Program-made: the position numbers and the translations under genes
Shown here: in pieces, positions 1 to 9,600 of the stretch
How positions within the stretch are numbered: the first letter of the stretch is position 1
Layout: each line of letters begins with the position of its first letter
Notes under the pieces: model-generated
The model's database searches: none
What the model was told of the DNA's origin: nothing
What the model saw: the letters and a program-made list of their open reading frames with translations, nothing else
Assembly (NCBI GenBank): GCA_040754215.1
Contig: JBFMDE010000001.1
Location: 18,656 to 72,197, forward strand
From: Chloroflexota bacterium
GTDB lineage: Bacteria; Chloroflexota; Dehalococcoidia; JACPPY01
Reading direction: 5' to 3'
Length of the DNA stretch: 53,542 nt

Positions 1-510
1 GTCCTGTACCAGGTGGTTGACTACCAGCACATAAAGATGGGGCGTGGCTCAGCACAGATATCGTTGAAGCTGCGCAATCTACGCGATGGACATATCATAG
101 AGCGTGGTTTTCAGGCCAGCGAGAAGTTCACCAAAGCCTTTATCGAGTACCGGCCTGTGCAGTATCTTTACAGCGACGGCGACCTTTACCACTTCATGGA
201 TACGGAGAACTTCAACCAACTCAGCCTTAACGAGGCACAGCTCGGCGATGCCATAAAATACCTCAAGGAAGAGATGAACCTTGAGCTCCTGGTGCATCGC
301 GATGAACCCATAGGTGTGGAGATGCCCAAGGCCGTAGAGCTCAAGGTGGCAGAGACGGGCCCTGGCTTCAAAGGAGATACCGCGAGTGCCGGTAGTAAGC
401 CGTCAAAACTGGAGACAGGCATCACGGTCAATGTCCCTCTTTTCGTGAACAAAGGTGACACCATCAAGGTGGATACTCGCACCGGCCAGTACATAGAAAG
501 GGTCGGCTGA
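1..510 (+). CDS. efp: Elongation factor P (5' end cut by window edge)
   Basis: Frame open from nt 1. The translation (KFTKAFIEYRPVQYLYSDGDLYHFMD ... GITVNVPLFVNKGDTIKVDTRTGQYIERV) matches conserved EF-P domains II/III. The N-terminus lies upstream of the window. Confidence 0.95.
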   Translation, partial: VLYQVVDYQHIKMGRGSAQISLKLRNLRDGHIIERGFQASEKFTKAFIEYRPVQYLYSDGDLYHFMDTENFNQLSLNEAQLGDAIKYLKEEMNLELLVHRDEPIGVEMPKAVELKVAETGPGFKGDTASAGSKPSKLETGITVNVPLFVNKGDTIKVDTRTGQYIERVG

Positions 511-527
511 CAGGGAGTATCCTCGTC

Positions 528-1178
528 TTGCTGAGAGCTGACCTCCACATACACACGGCCTACTCGATGGACTCGGCAACCACGCTGGAGCAGGTGGTTG
601 ACCGCTGTCTTAAGGTCGGCATCAACTGCGTTGCCGTGGCCGACCATGGCACAGTCGCAGGCGCCATCGAGTTGCGCAAGATAGCCCCGTTCAAGGTAGT
701 AGTTGCCGAAGAGGTGCTGACTGACCAGGGGGAGGTCATCGGGCTCTTCCTCGAGCGTGATGTCCCCAGCGGAGTCCCTGCTGCGGATGCCATAGCCATG
801 ATACGGGAACAAGGTGGGTTGGTCTGCCTGCCTCACCCTTGCGACCGACTGCGCTCGTCAATGCTACGGGATGGCCGGGGAATCCTGAATCTGCTACCCT
901 CGGTGGACATCATCGAGGTCTTCAATTCACGTACCCTGGTGCCTGATGCCAATGCCAGGGCACACAAGCTGGCAAAGCAGCATCACCTTCTGTGCAGCGC
1001 TGGCAGCGATGCCCATACTGCTGCCGAGATCGGCAATGCCTGGGTGGAGATGCCAGAGTTCGAGAACCAGCAAGGATTCCTTCGTGCTCTAGCTCAGGGC
1101 CGGATATACGGAAGACGTTCCAACCCGGTGCATCGCTTTGCCAGTGTTTGGGCCCGCCTCACTAGCCTGTTCAGTTAG
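528..1178 (+). CDS. PHP-domain metal-dependent phosphoesterase
   Basis: N-terminal ADLHIHTAYSMDS motif, later HP and GSDAH histidine motifs typical of the PHP fold. TTG start 10 nt after GGAG. 18 nt downstream of efp. Confidence 0.8.
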   Translation: MLRADLHIHTAYSMDSATTLEQVVDRCLKVGINCVAVADHGTVAGAIELRKIAPFKVVVAEEVLTDQGEVIGLFLERDVPSGVPAADAIAMIREQGGLVCLPHPCDRLRSSMLRDGRGILNLLPSVDIIEVFNSRTLVPDANARAHKLAKQHHLLCSAGSDAHTAAEIGNAWVEMPEFENQQGFLRALAQGRIYGRRSNPVHRFASVWARLTSLFS

Positions 1179-1252
1179 GTATCGGGAGGGTCGGAGCCAT
1201 TACACTCCGAATCGGCTGGTTCTCTTCCGGCAGAGATGAGGCAGCGCGCGAC

Positions 1253-2026
1253 TTGCTCATAGCTGTCCAGTCCGCCATAGAGGCACGCCATCTGGACGCA
1301 CAAATCATCTTCGTCTTCAGCAGCCGCGGCCGGGGCGAGAGCAAGGACGGAGACCTGTTCCTCGACCTCGTGGCGAGCTACCATATACCCTTGGTGTGTC
1401 TCCCTTACCAGAAGTTCAGGGCCATCCACGAGGACGAAGTGCCAGCGGTGGGACAGCCCCTGCCGCAGTGGCGCTTGAGCTATGACAGGCGGGCCATGGA
1501 GATGCTCCAGGGATATAATGCTGATGTGTGTCTGCTTGCCGGGTATATGCTGATAGTCGGCGAGGAGATGTGCCGCCGATACAGGATGGTCAACCTGCAC
1601 CCTGCCTTGCCCTGTGGGCCGACCGGCACCTGGCAGGAGGTGATATGGAAGCTAATGGAAACCAGGGCTGGGAGCACTGGAGCGATGATGCATCTGGTGA
1701 CCCCTGAGCTGGACAGAGGCCCGGTGGTAACATATTGCAACTTCAGCATCCGTGGACCCGGATTCGACCGCCACTGGCGCGAGGTGGAAACCCTGTCAGT
1801 CGCATCCATCAAGAGAACGCAGGGCGAGCGCAACGCGCTTTTCCAACTCATCCGTGCTCACGGCGTGGCCAGGGAGCTTCCCCTGGTGGTCTCCACCTTG
1901 CGGGCCCTGAGTGAGGGCAGGGTGAAGATATCGAATGGGAAGGTGCTGAATTCGGGTGGGCAGCCTGTTGCTGGGCATGACCTGACGGGTGAAATAGACG
2001 AAGCCGTGAAGGACGTATTGCAGTGA
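1253..2026 (+). CDS. Formyltransferase-family protein (PurN-like core with C-terminal extension)
   Basis: VNLHPALP and ELDRGPVV motifs (Asn/His/Asp of the formyltransferase active site). 1253 is the first canonical start (TTG), but a PurN-like N-terminal strand (LRIGWFSSGRD) is encoded in frame upstream (see finding at 1166-1255). Confidence 0.7.
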   Translation: MLIAVQSAIEARHLDAQIIFVFSSRGRGESKDGDLFLDLVASYHIPLVCLPYQKFRAIHEDEVPAVGQPLPQWRLSYDRRAMEMLQGYNADVCLLAGYMLIVGEEMCRRYRMVNLHPALPCGPTGTWQEVIWKLMETRAGSTGAMMHLVTPELDRGPVVTYCNFSIRGPGFDRHWREVETLSVASIKRTQGERNALFQLIRAHGVARELPLVVSTLRALSEGRVKISNGKVLNSGGQPVAGHDLTGEIDEAVKDVLQ

Positions 2027-3009
2027 GACTGGTCTGCTTCGACCTCGAGGGGCCATTGTCGCCCCAGGACAACGCCTATGAGCTTATGAAACTCGCTCCT
2101 CAGGGCGGCAGCGTGTTCGAAGCGATCAGCAGATATGATGACCTCCTCACTTTGGACAGGAGGCGGGGTTACGAGCCTGGAGATACGTTGGCGCTCATCG
2201 TCCCCTTCCTGTTGAGATACAACATTCATGAGGCTGACATCGTGAGGTTGGCCAGCAAGGCCACGCTGACTCCGGGCGCTGACACCCTCTCGACGTGGTT
2301 GACGCGTGACGGCTGGGGCCTGTTTTGTATCAGCACCAGCTATGAACAGTATGCTCTGCGAATCACCAGCAGATTGGGGTTCTCACCCGATAATGTTGCC
2401 TCTACCTCCTTTCCGTTGGACCGTTTCTACTGCAACCTGCCTCTTGAAGATCTCTCTCTGGTGGAGAGGGTAGAGTGGGACCTTCTTTCCGGCCCTGCCT
2501 CCAGAGATGAGGGAGTGATGAAGCAGCGCCTGGACCGCTTTTACTGGCACGACCTGCCACGGACAAAGTTGGGAGCGATGGTGTCCAGCGTCAGGCCCAG
2601 GGGTGGTCAGCGTAAGGTGAAGGCGCTGAGACAATTTGCCCGCTCTCAAGGACAACCGCTCTCCGCCTGGGTGGTTGTGGGCGACAGCATTACAGACTTC
2701 AAGATGCTGCAGGCTGTGAATCAGGCCGGGGGACTGGCGGTGGCCTTCAACTCCAACGAATATGCCTTGCCCTATGCCACCGTTGGCCTGGCGTCAGGCC
2801 GTATTCATGACCTGCTGCCAGTGCTGGAGACATGGCGGGATGGCGGTCGCCCTAAGGTCAAGGAGCTGGCCGAGCATTGGGGTGCATCTGTGAAGGACGG
2901 TGGCGTTTACCTGCACTGGCTTGCTGGTGCCAAGGACATGACACCTATCCTAGGGGTGCACAAGCACATGCGACGGCTGGTAAGGGAAGGGGCTGCGAAG
3001 CTGGGGTGA
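2023..3009 (+). CDS. HAD-superfamily-like hydrolase (D-x-E-G-P N-terminal motif)
   Basis: CFDLEGPLSPQDNAYELM at the N-terminus and VVVGDSITDFKML (HAD motif IV-like) near the C-terminus. GTG start overlaps the upstream stop (GTGA). Confidence 0.55.
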   Translation: MRLVCFDLEGPLSPQDNAYELMKLAPQGGSVFEAISRYDDLLTLDRRRGYEPGDTLALIVPFLLRYNIHEADIVRLASKATLTPGADTLSTWLTRDGWGLFCISTSYEQYALRITSRLGFSPDNVASTSFPLDRFYCNLPLEDLSLVERVEWDLLSGPASRDEGVMKQRLDRFYWHDLPRTKLGAMVSSVRPRGGQRKVKALRQFARSQGQPLSAWVVVGDSITDFKMLQAVNQAGGLAVAFNSNEYALPYATVGLASGRIHDLLPVLETWRDGGRPKVKELAEHWGASVKDGGVYLHWLAGAKDMTPILGVHKHMRRLVREGAAKLG

Positions 3010-3022
3010 TAGGAAGGGAAAA

Positions 3023-3991
3023 GTGAGCATGGGGGGTACGTATCAAGACATGGATGTGGTCGGCTGCGGCGCCCTAAACATGGACTACATCTACCAGGTG
3101 GACCGGATACTTCAAGACGGTGAGGGCATAGTCCAGGGCGTCAAGGCCTCGCCGGGGGGTTCGGCCGCCAACACCGTCTACGCTCTGGCCAGGCTCGGCT
3201 TGAGGACCGGATTCGTCGGTGCCGTGGGTGATGACGAAGAGGGCAGAGCAATGGTGCAAGAGCTTGAGTCCGTTGGCATAGATACTACCTGCATCAAGGT
3301 CAAGCCAACGGCCAGGAGTGGCTCGGTGCTCAGTATAGCCGACCGCAAGGGCAATCGCGCACTATACGTCTCTCCAGGCGCGAATGACCTCCTGACCAAG
3401 AAGGACATCGAATCGGTACTCGCTCAGAGGGCCGGATTCCTGCACCTCTCTTCCTTCGTGGGTCGAAAACAGATGCTGCTCCAGGTGTACCTTGTGGAGA
3501 GCCTGGGTATGCCGACCAGGGTCAGTTTAGCTCCGGGGATGCTATACGCTCGGCGTGGGCTGGATGCGCTGGCACCGCTGTTGCGTCATACCCATGTCCT
3601 GTTCTTGAACCAGGACGAGATGAACACGTTGACCGATAGAGAGACTGAGGCTGGTGCAGCCGTGTGCCACCGGCACGGGGCTGCGATCGTGGTGGTGACG
3701 CTGGGCAAGGGGGTGAGGCGCGGGGATGGTGTGGCTGTGGCTTACGTCTATGACGGGAATATCGGGACTTATGTCACTCCTGCCGATACAACCCCGGTTG
3801 CCATGGCTGAGGGCACTGGTGCCGGCGATGCCTTCGCGGCCGGCTTTCTCTTCGGGCTAGCGGGTGGCCGCGACCTCAGAATGTGCGGGCTGCTAGGTGA
3901 CACGGTAGCCAGGTTCTCTCTCCGAGGGGTAGGTGCAAGAGAGGGGTTGCCCTCTCTTGCTCAGCTCAGGCAGGCCTTTCACGGACTATGA
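3023..3991 (+). CDS. PfkB-family carbohydrate/nucleoside kinase
   Basis: GGSAANTV near the N-terminus and the GAGDAFAAGFL ATP-binding signature near the C-terminus. 13 nt after the HAD-like gene. Start could be GTG 3023, ATG 3029 or ATG 3050. Confidence 0.8.
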   Translation: MSMGGTYQDMDVVGCGALNMDYIYQVDRILQDGEGIVQGVKASPGGSAANTVYALARLGLRTGFVGAVGDDEEGRAMVQELESVGIDTTCIKVKPTARSGSVLSIADRKGNRALYVSPGANDLLTKKDIESVLAQRAGFLHLSSFVGRKQMLLQVYLVESLGMPTRVSLAPGMLYARRGLDALAPLLRHTHVLFLNQDEMNTLTDRETEAGAAVCHRHGAAIVVVTLGKGVRRGDGVAVAYVYDGNIGTYVTPADTTPVAMAEGTGAGDAFAAGFLFGLAGGRDLRMCGLLGDTVARFSLRGVGAREGLPSLAQLRQAFHGL

Positions 3992-4026
3992 TAGTGGCAG
4001 CCGAGTGGCCGACGAAATAGGGCCAG

Positions 4027-4662
4027 CTACTTCTTGGCTTCTTCCTTCGCGGGCTTGGTCAGGACCTCATCTATTATCCCGTACTCTATCGCCTGCGCGG
4101 GGTTGAGGTAGAAGTCGCGGTCGGTATCACGGGCGATCTTCTCCAGCGCCTGTCCAGTGTGCTTGACCAGAATGTGCCTTATTGTGTCCTGCAGGCGCAG
4201 TATCTCGCGGGCAGCGATCTCAATATCGGCGGCCTGACCATGTGCCCCACCGACTGCCTGGTGCAGGTGGATGGTAGCATTGGGCAGAGCGTAGCGCTTG
4301 CCCTTGGTGCCAGCACAGAGCAACAGTGTGGCCATGCTCGCTGCCAGACCAACGCAGATGGTCGAGATGTCACAGCGCAGGAGCTGTATTGTATCGTAGA
4401 TGGCCAGGCCAGAGCTGATCACGCCTCCAGGGCTATTGATGTAGAGGCTTATGTCCTTGTTCGGGTCTTCCCGGTCCAGATACAGCAGCTCAGCGATGAT
4501 GAGGTTAGCGACCTGGTCATTGATAGGCGTGCCCAAGAACACGATACGTTCCCTGAGCAGGAGGGAGTAGATGTCAAAGGCACGCTCACCACGCGCGCTG
4601 CCCTCTATCACCATGGGAATTACGTTCGCCGGGTAATGTTCCATGGTCCTATCTTCTCTCAT
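4027..4662 (-). CDS. clpP: ATP-dependent Clp protease proteolytic subunit
   Basis: [20 protein letters not shown], catalytic-Ser region [11 protein letters not shown], and HQ motif. GAGGAGG lies 7 nt upstream of ATG 4662. Confidence 0.95.
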   Translation of the reverse strand: MREDRTMEHYPANVIPMVIEGSARGERAFDIYSLLLRERIVFLGTPINDQVANLIIAELLYLDREDPNKDISLYINSPGGVISSGLAIYDTIQLLRCDISTICVGLAASMATLLLCAGTKGKRYALPNATIHLHQAVGGAHGQAADIEIAAREILRLQDTIRHILVKHTGQALEKIARDTDRDFYLNPAQAIEYGIIDEVLTKPAKEEAKK

Positions 4663-4709
4663 CCTTCATCCTCCTCGGTTGTCTTGTCCAGTTTCAAGAC
4701 GGCTTGTTA

Positions 4710-6062
4710 CTACTTCGAGGTGTCTTCGACCTCGCCTGTTACAGGCGGCGGTGTCTCGACTCCGGATGTCTCGCCGGCTTCGAGCTTGCCCTGAGCTATC
4801 TCGACAAGATGCGCCACTGTCTTTCGCGCCAGTATGGTATTCTCCAGAGAGCTACGTACTGATGGTAGTTCGAAGAACTTCCTGAGTTCCTCCTTCTTCT
4901 CTCCGGCATCCTTGCTCATCCGCTCTGCCTCGGCAGCTATCTCCTCTGGGGTGACGACGACCTTCTCGTCTTCAGCCAACTGGCCGAGAGCCAGCGAGCG
5001 CAACAACCGTCTCTCTGCAACCGGCTGTGCTTCCTCTCTCAGTTGCTCCATGGTCTTGTTGACTGATTTCAGGTAGTCCCCCATCTTCAGGCCACCCCGC
5101 TCCACCCGTTCCACCTGCTGCTTTATGAGTCGGTCTACCTCGGCTTCGAGCAGGACCGGAGGGTACTCTATTTGAGCACACTCCACCAGCATCTGGAGCG
5201 CCCTGTCTTCGAAGCGAGCCCGTTCTACAGCCTCGACCCTGACCTTCAGGTCTGCCTTGACCTTCTCTCTCAGCGCCTCCGACGTCTCGCAGGCGACGCC
5301 TAAGCTCTTGGCGAAGGCGTCGTCAACCGCGGGAAGTGTCTGTTCCTTGACCTCAGTGACCTTGACCTTGAATTGACATTCCTTGCCCCTGAACTCAGTT
5401 GCCGGATGGTCCTCCGGAAATATCAGCCCGAATTCTCGCTCCTCCCCTATTGCAGCCCCTTCCAGCTTCTCGGCGAAGCCGGGCAGGGGCATGTCCAGGC
5501 CCTTCAACACGCGGTATGGGGCGTCTTTCTCATTCAGCAGCTGTCTGTCCCCAATCCGGCTCTCCACGGTCATGCTGAGGAAATCGTTGAAGCGGACTGG
5601 CCGCTCGACCGGAGTGAGCACTGCTTGCTGCAGTCGCAGTTGCTCTATGGCTGCGTCCACCTGCTCTTCCGTGACTTCCACAGGTTGAGATTCCACCCTG
5701 ATCGCCCTGTAGTCGCAGAGCTTCACAGTCGGACGTACCGGGACTATCGCCTTAAAGCTGACGGGGTCCATGCTAACTAACTCTATCCGGGGCTGACCGA
5801 TGGCGTCTACCTTTTGTTCTTGGATGGCATGGCCACATGTTTCTGGTATTGCATGCTCGAGGGCATCTTCCATAAGGGCACCCTTGCCGATATGTCGCTC
5901 CAGCACAGCACGAGGAGCTTTCCCTCTGCGGAAGCCGGGGATGTTCACCTTCTGTACCAGCCGACGGTAGGCCTTTTCCAGGGACTTCTCAACCTCTGCA
6001 GGCTCCAACTCGATACTCAGCGCTACCTGGCTTTTTTCGATCTTCTCGGTGGATACCTTCAC
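4710..6062 (-). CDS. tig: Trigger factor
   Basis: MKVSTEKIEKSQVALSIELEP N-terminus, GFRRGKAP ribosome-binding motif, 450 aa, directly upstream of clpP. Confidence 0.95.
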   Translation of the reverse strand: MKVSTEKIEKSQVALSIELEPAEVEKSLEKAYRRLVQKVNIPGFRRGKAPRAVLERHIGKGALMEDALEHAIPETCGHAIQEQKVDAIGQPRIELVSMDPVSFKAIVPVRPTVKLCDYRAIRVESQPVEVTEEQVDAAIEQLRLQQAVLTPVERPVRFNDFLSMTVESRIGDRQLLNEKDAPYRVLKGLDMPLPGFAEKLEGAAIGEEREFGLIFPEDHPATEFRGKECQFKVKVTEVKEQTLPAVDDAFAKSLGVACETSEALREKVKADLKVRVEAVERARFEDRALQMLVECAQIEYPPVLLEAEVDRLIKQQVERVERGGLKMGDYLKSVNKTMEQLREEAQPVAERRLLRSLALGQLAEDEKVVVTPEEIAAEAERMSKDAGEKKEELRKFFELPSVRSSLENTILARKTVAHLVEIAQGKLEAGETSGVETPPPVTGEVEDTSK

Positions 6063-6105
6063 ACTGTCCTCCGTGTTCTCAAGCCATAACGAATGACCGT
6101 ACCTG

Positions 6106-7908
6106 TCAGGACTTGTCCGGTCTCAGGCTCAAGTGAAGCTCGGCCATCTGCTCCTCAGATACCGCCGACGGGGCGTCGGTCATCAGGTCAACTGCGTTTT
6201 GGTTTTTGGGGAATGCGATTACCTCTCTTATGGTCTTTTCACCCGCGAGCAGCATCACAAGTCGGTCTATGCCCGGTGCTATCCCGCCGTGTGGTGGAGC
6301 CCCATACTCGAAAGCCTCCAACATGTGTCCGAAGCGGGCCATTATTTCCTCCTGTTTGTATCCGAGAAGGCGGAATATCTTGTCCTGGACTTCCCTGGTG
6401 TGTATTCGGATACTCCCACTGGAGAGTTCATACCCGTTGCATACTATGTCATAGTGTCTGGCTCGGACCTTTTCCGGCGCTGTGTCGAGCAACGGAATGT
6501 CCTCCTCCACGGGTGCAGTGAACGGGTGGTGCATCGGCTCCCAGTGACCCAGGTCCTTGTTCCATTCCATCAGAGGGAAGTTGAGGATGAAAACGAAGCC
6601 GAGCATCCTCGGGTCGGCAAGGCCAAGTCGCTGGCCCATTTCAGCCCTCAAGTCACTGAGGGCCCGGCGCACCATGTCTGTGCTTCCGGCCACAATCAGT
6701 ACCAGGTCTCCAGGCTTCGCCTCCATGCGCTTCGCCAGCTGACGAAGGTCCTCTGTTGAAAGGAACTTGGTCAGGCTCGACTTTACCGTGTCCAACGTCA
6801 GCTGGTCTGGATTCACCGGGGCGTCCCCGCTGACGGCCAGGGTGATGAGGCCTTTCGCGCCTCGCATCTTGACGAACTCCGTGAGCTCATCCAGTTGACG
6901 GCGAGAGTAGGAGCCACAGCTCGGAACACAGATTCCCTTGACCGCGCCGCCTTCAGCGAGGGCACTACGGAAGGGGGCAAAGTCGGTTCGAGCGGCTATG
7001 TCAGAGATATCACGTAGCTCGAGGCCGAAGCGCACATCCGGCTTGTCAACGCCGAAGCGCTCCATGACATCCGTGTAGGAGAGCCGTGGGAAAGGCTTCA
7101 CTAGCTTCATATCAGGGCATATTGTCTCTACCAAGGAGGTGAACAACTCTTCCAGCAGGTCGAGGATGTCTTCCTCATCAACGAAGCTCATCTCCAGGTC
7201 CAACTGGGTGAACTCTGGCTGGCGGTCGGCACGCAAATCCTCGTCCCGGAAGCAGCGGGCGATCTGATAATACTTTTCGACCCCGGCAACCATGAGGAGC
7301 TGTTTCAACTGCTGTGGTGACTGCGGCAGGGCGTAGAACTTCCCTGGCTGCACCCGGCTTGGCACCAGGTAGTCGCGTGCGCCCTCTGGAGTGCTCTTGA
7401 TGAGTATCGGCGTTTCGACCTCGATGAACCCTCTGGCATCAAGGAAGTCGCGCATGAATTTGATTACCCGGTGCCTGAGGACAAGGTTGTCCTTCATGCG
7501 CGGCCGGCGCAGGTCCAGATAGCGATATTTGAGGCGCAGGTTTTCGTCTATCTCTATGTCTTCATTTATGTAAAAGGGAGGGGTCTTGGACGGATTCAGA
7601 ATCCGTAGTTCTGTGGCTATGACCTCTACTTCCCCGGTGGGCAGGTTCGGGTTTTCCGTGCCCTTTGGACGTACGGATACTTTACCCTTGACCTGTACCA
7701 CACATTCGTTGCGCAGCTTCTGTGCCCCTTCGTGTGCCCTGGGCGAGGTGTCGGGATTGACCACCACCTGGACGATACCTTCCCTGTCGCGGAGGTCAAG
7801 GAAGATCAGGCCCCCGTGGTCACGACGTCGGTGTACCCAACCCGCAAGTGTCACCTCGGCGTCAGCACTCTGCCTAGTAAGCTCACCGCAACTTTTCGTC
7901 TTCAGCAA
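6106..7908 (-). CDS. aspS: Aspartate--tRNA ligase
   Basis: CGELT...GWVHRRRDHGGLIFLDLRD, FRDEDLRADRQPEFTQLD and GGIAPGIDRLVML class-II motifs. I place the start at TTG 7908 (GGAG 6 nt upstream, giving a 600-aa product). The longer ORF to 7989 would run through the predicted promoter. Confidence 0.93.
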   Translation of the reverse strand: MLKTKSCGELTRQSADAEVTLAGWVHRRRDHGGLIFLDLRDREGIVQVVVNPDTSPRAHEGAQKLRNECVVQVKGKVSVRPKGTENPNLPTGEVEVIATELRILNPSKTPPFYINEDIEIDENLRLKYRYLDLRRPRMKDNLVLRHRVIKFMRDFLDARGFIEVETPILIKSTPEGARDYLVPSRVQPGKFYALPQSPQQLKQLLMVAGVEKYYQIARCFRDEDLRADRQPEFTQLDLEMSFVDEEDILDLLEELFTSLVETICPDMKLVKPFPRLSYTDVMERFGVDKPDVRFGLELRDISDIAARTDFAPFRSALAEGGAVKGICVPSCGSYSRRQLDELTEFVKMRGAKGLITLAVSGDAPVNPDQLTLDTVKSSLTKFLSTEDLRQLAKRMEAKPGDLVLIVAGSTDMVRRALSDLRAEMGQRLGLADPRMLGFVFILNFPLMEWNKDLGHWEPMHHPFTAPVEEDIPLLDTAPEKVRARHYDIVCNGYELSSGSIRIHTREVQDKIFRLLGYKQEEIMARFGHMLEAFEYGAPPHGGIAPGIDRLVMLLAGEKTIREVIAFPKNQNAVDLMTDAPSAVSEEQMAELHLSLRPDKS

Positions 7909-7959
7909 GGTCGTCTCCGTGGGGATGACTTGTGCAACAGGATTCGGCTCTGAAGTTTT

Positions 7960-7989
7960 AGTATATCTTAGCTGCAACACCCGCTTCAA
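7960..7989 (-). promoter_or_regulatory. Sigma70-type promoter for aspS-tig-clpP
   Basis: On the minus strand, TTGAAG (7989-7984), 18-nt spacer, TATACT (7965-7960), about 45 nt upstream of TTG 7908. Confidence 0.45.
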
Positions 7990-8125
7990 CTTTGTTGCCC
8001 CCGGGAGGCTATTGTAGACGCCGGTTGTGGCACGATGATAGACTACGTTGAGTTTGTCTGGTTTCGAGCTCTCAGCAGGAGTCTACGAGCCTATTCGAAT
8101 CCGAACGGCTGGAGGTGATGCAAAG

Positions 8126-9567
8126 TTGAACGGCGCCGTGGAGCAGATGAGGCGATTCATGGAACCACGGTCTATCGCTGTTGTCGGTGTGACAAGAGAG
8201 ACGGGACCAACCGCCTTTAATATAGTGCAACATCTCCGGAACAAGGGGTACCAGGGCCAGGTCTTCCCTGTTCACCCCGCTCTCGAGACCCTGCTGGGCC
8301 TGAAGGCGTACCCCAGCGTGGATGCGCTCCCAGCAGGCATTGACCTGGCTGTGGTGTCTACGCCGCGAAACACTGTCCCAGTGTTGCTGGAAAAGTGTGC
8401 TGCCAGAGGGATAAAGGCAGCAGTAGTAATCGCCCAGGGATTTGCCGATGCTGACGACGAAGGCAAAAGGTTACAGGCTGAGATTGCCAGGGTGGTCCAA
8501 CAGACAGGGCTTCGTGTGATGGGGCCGAACACCTTCGGTGTGGCCAATGCCTTCCTCAACCTGAGCACGGCACTGCCCCCGCTCCCGCTGGGCAGGTCGC
8601 CGATAGCTATCATCTGTCAGACCGGCTTCTTCTTCGTCGGTTTGGCCAGAACCTGCTTCGGCAAGGTCATAGACCTGGGCAATGCCTGCGATGTGGACTT
8701 CGCCGATAGCCTGGAATACCTTGAGCACGACCCTGATATCAAGGTCATAGCCCTTCACATTGAAGGCCTGCGAGGTGGGAAGAGGTTCTTTGAGGTAGCC
8801 CGACGGGTGGCGAACAAAAAGCCACTCGTTGCCCTCAAGACTGGCCGTAGCGAGCGAGGAGCAAGGGCAGCAGCGTCGCATACGGGCTCGATGGCTGGGA
8901 GATACCAGGCATATGCCGCTGCCTTCAGGCAAGCAGGGATTGTCCAGGTGGAAGACGTGGAGGAGTTGGAAGATGTGTGCCAGGCATTTGTCCGTCTGCC
9001 CCCGCTGCGAGGCAAGCGTCTTGGCGTTACTTCGTGGGCTGGCTCCACTGCCGTAATGTCTGTGGACGCATGTGAGAAACACGGGATAGGGCTGCGCGCT
9101 TCTCCGAGGTCACGACCTCCAAAGTGCGCAGTGTGGGAGCACCAGCGTGGTTGTCGGCAGAAAACCCTGTTGACCTATGGGGTCACGTTGGTCTGGCTGC
9201 TTTCCACCCCAGCAAGTTCAAACAGGGCATAGGTACTATTCTGGAAGCCCTCATGTCCGATGACGGGTCCGATGCTACCTTAGTGGTGATTCCGGACTTT
9301 GTACGTTTGTTCCCAGGGGAGTACTTTGACCTGTCGACAGTCATAGCCGAGACAGTGCGGGTACATGAGAGGCGCCCCCTTCTGATAGCCTTCTTCGGCC
9401 CCACCGGGGAAATGTTGCGGAGGGTAGAGGTAACCGGCGGAGTTGCCACATTCTCTACGCCAGAACGTGCGGTGAGGGCCATGGCGAAGCTGTGGCAATA
9501 CTATGGCGGCAGAGACGGAGCCAGGGTCTCAAGGGGCCGGACAGCGGGGGCTGCGGGCACAGTGTAG
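8126..9567 (+). pseudogene. ADP-forming acyl/acetyl-CoA synthetase alpha subunit (CoA-binding + SCS-like), disrupted by a 1-nt frameshift near 9092-9100
   Basis: ORFs 8048-9232 (frame 2) and 9124-9567 (frame 1) form one family member: PRSIAVVGV, MGPNTFG, and phosphohistidine loop ASHTGSMAG, continuing as ...HGIGL | (A)RFSEVTTSKVRSVGAPAWLSAENPVDLWG. Total length is 3n+2. TTG 8126 is preceded by GGAGGTG at 8 nt. Confidence 0.75.
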
Positions 9568-9600
9568 GGGATGCCCGATGGCAATAGGGGCTCGACCGGG

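Noticed and set aside
186-836. 216-aa minus-strand ORF spanning efp and the PHP gene
   Set aside because: It overlaps two confidently identified plus-strand genes, so it is a shadow ORF.
7909-7989. N-terminal 27-aa extension of aspS (ATG 7989)
   Set aside because: AspRS normally begins a few residues before the CGELR motif. TTG 7908 has a GGAG at ideal spacing, and the extension would overlap the predicted TTGAAG-18-TATACT promoter.
8048-9567. Treating 8048-9232 and 9124-9567 as two separate overlapping genes
   Set aside because: The second ORF continues the family sequence exactly where the first loses similarity, and the tail of ORF 1 after ~9095 shows no family similarity. A single frameshifted gene explains both.
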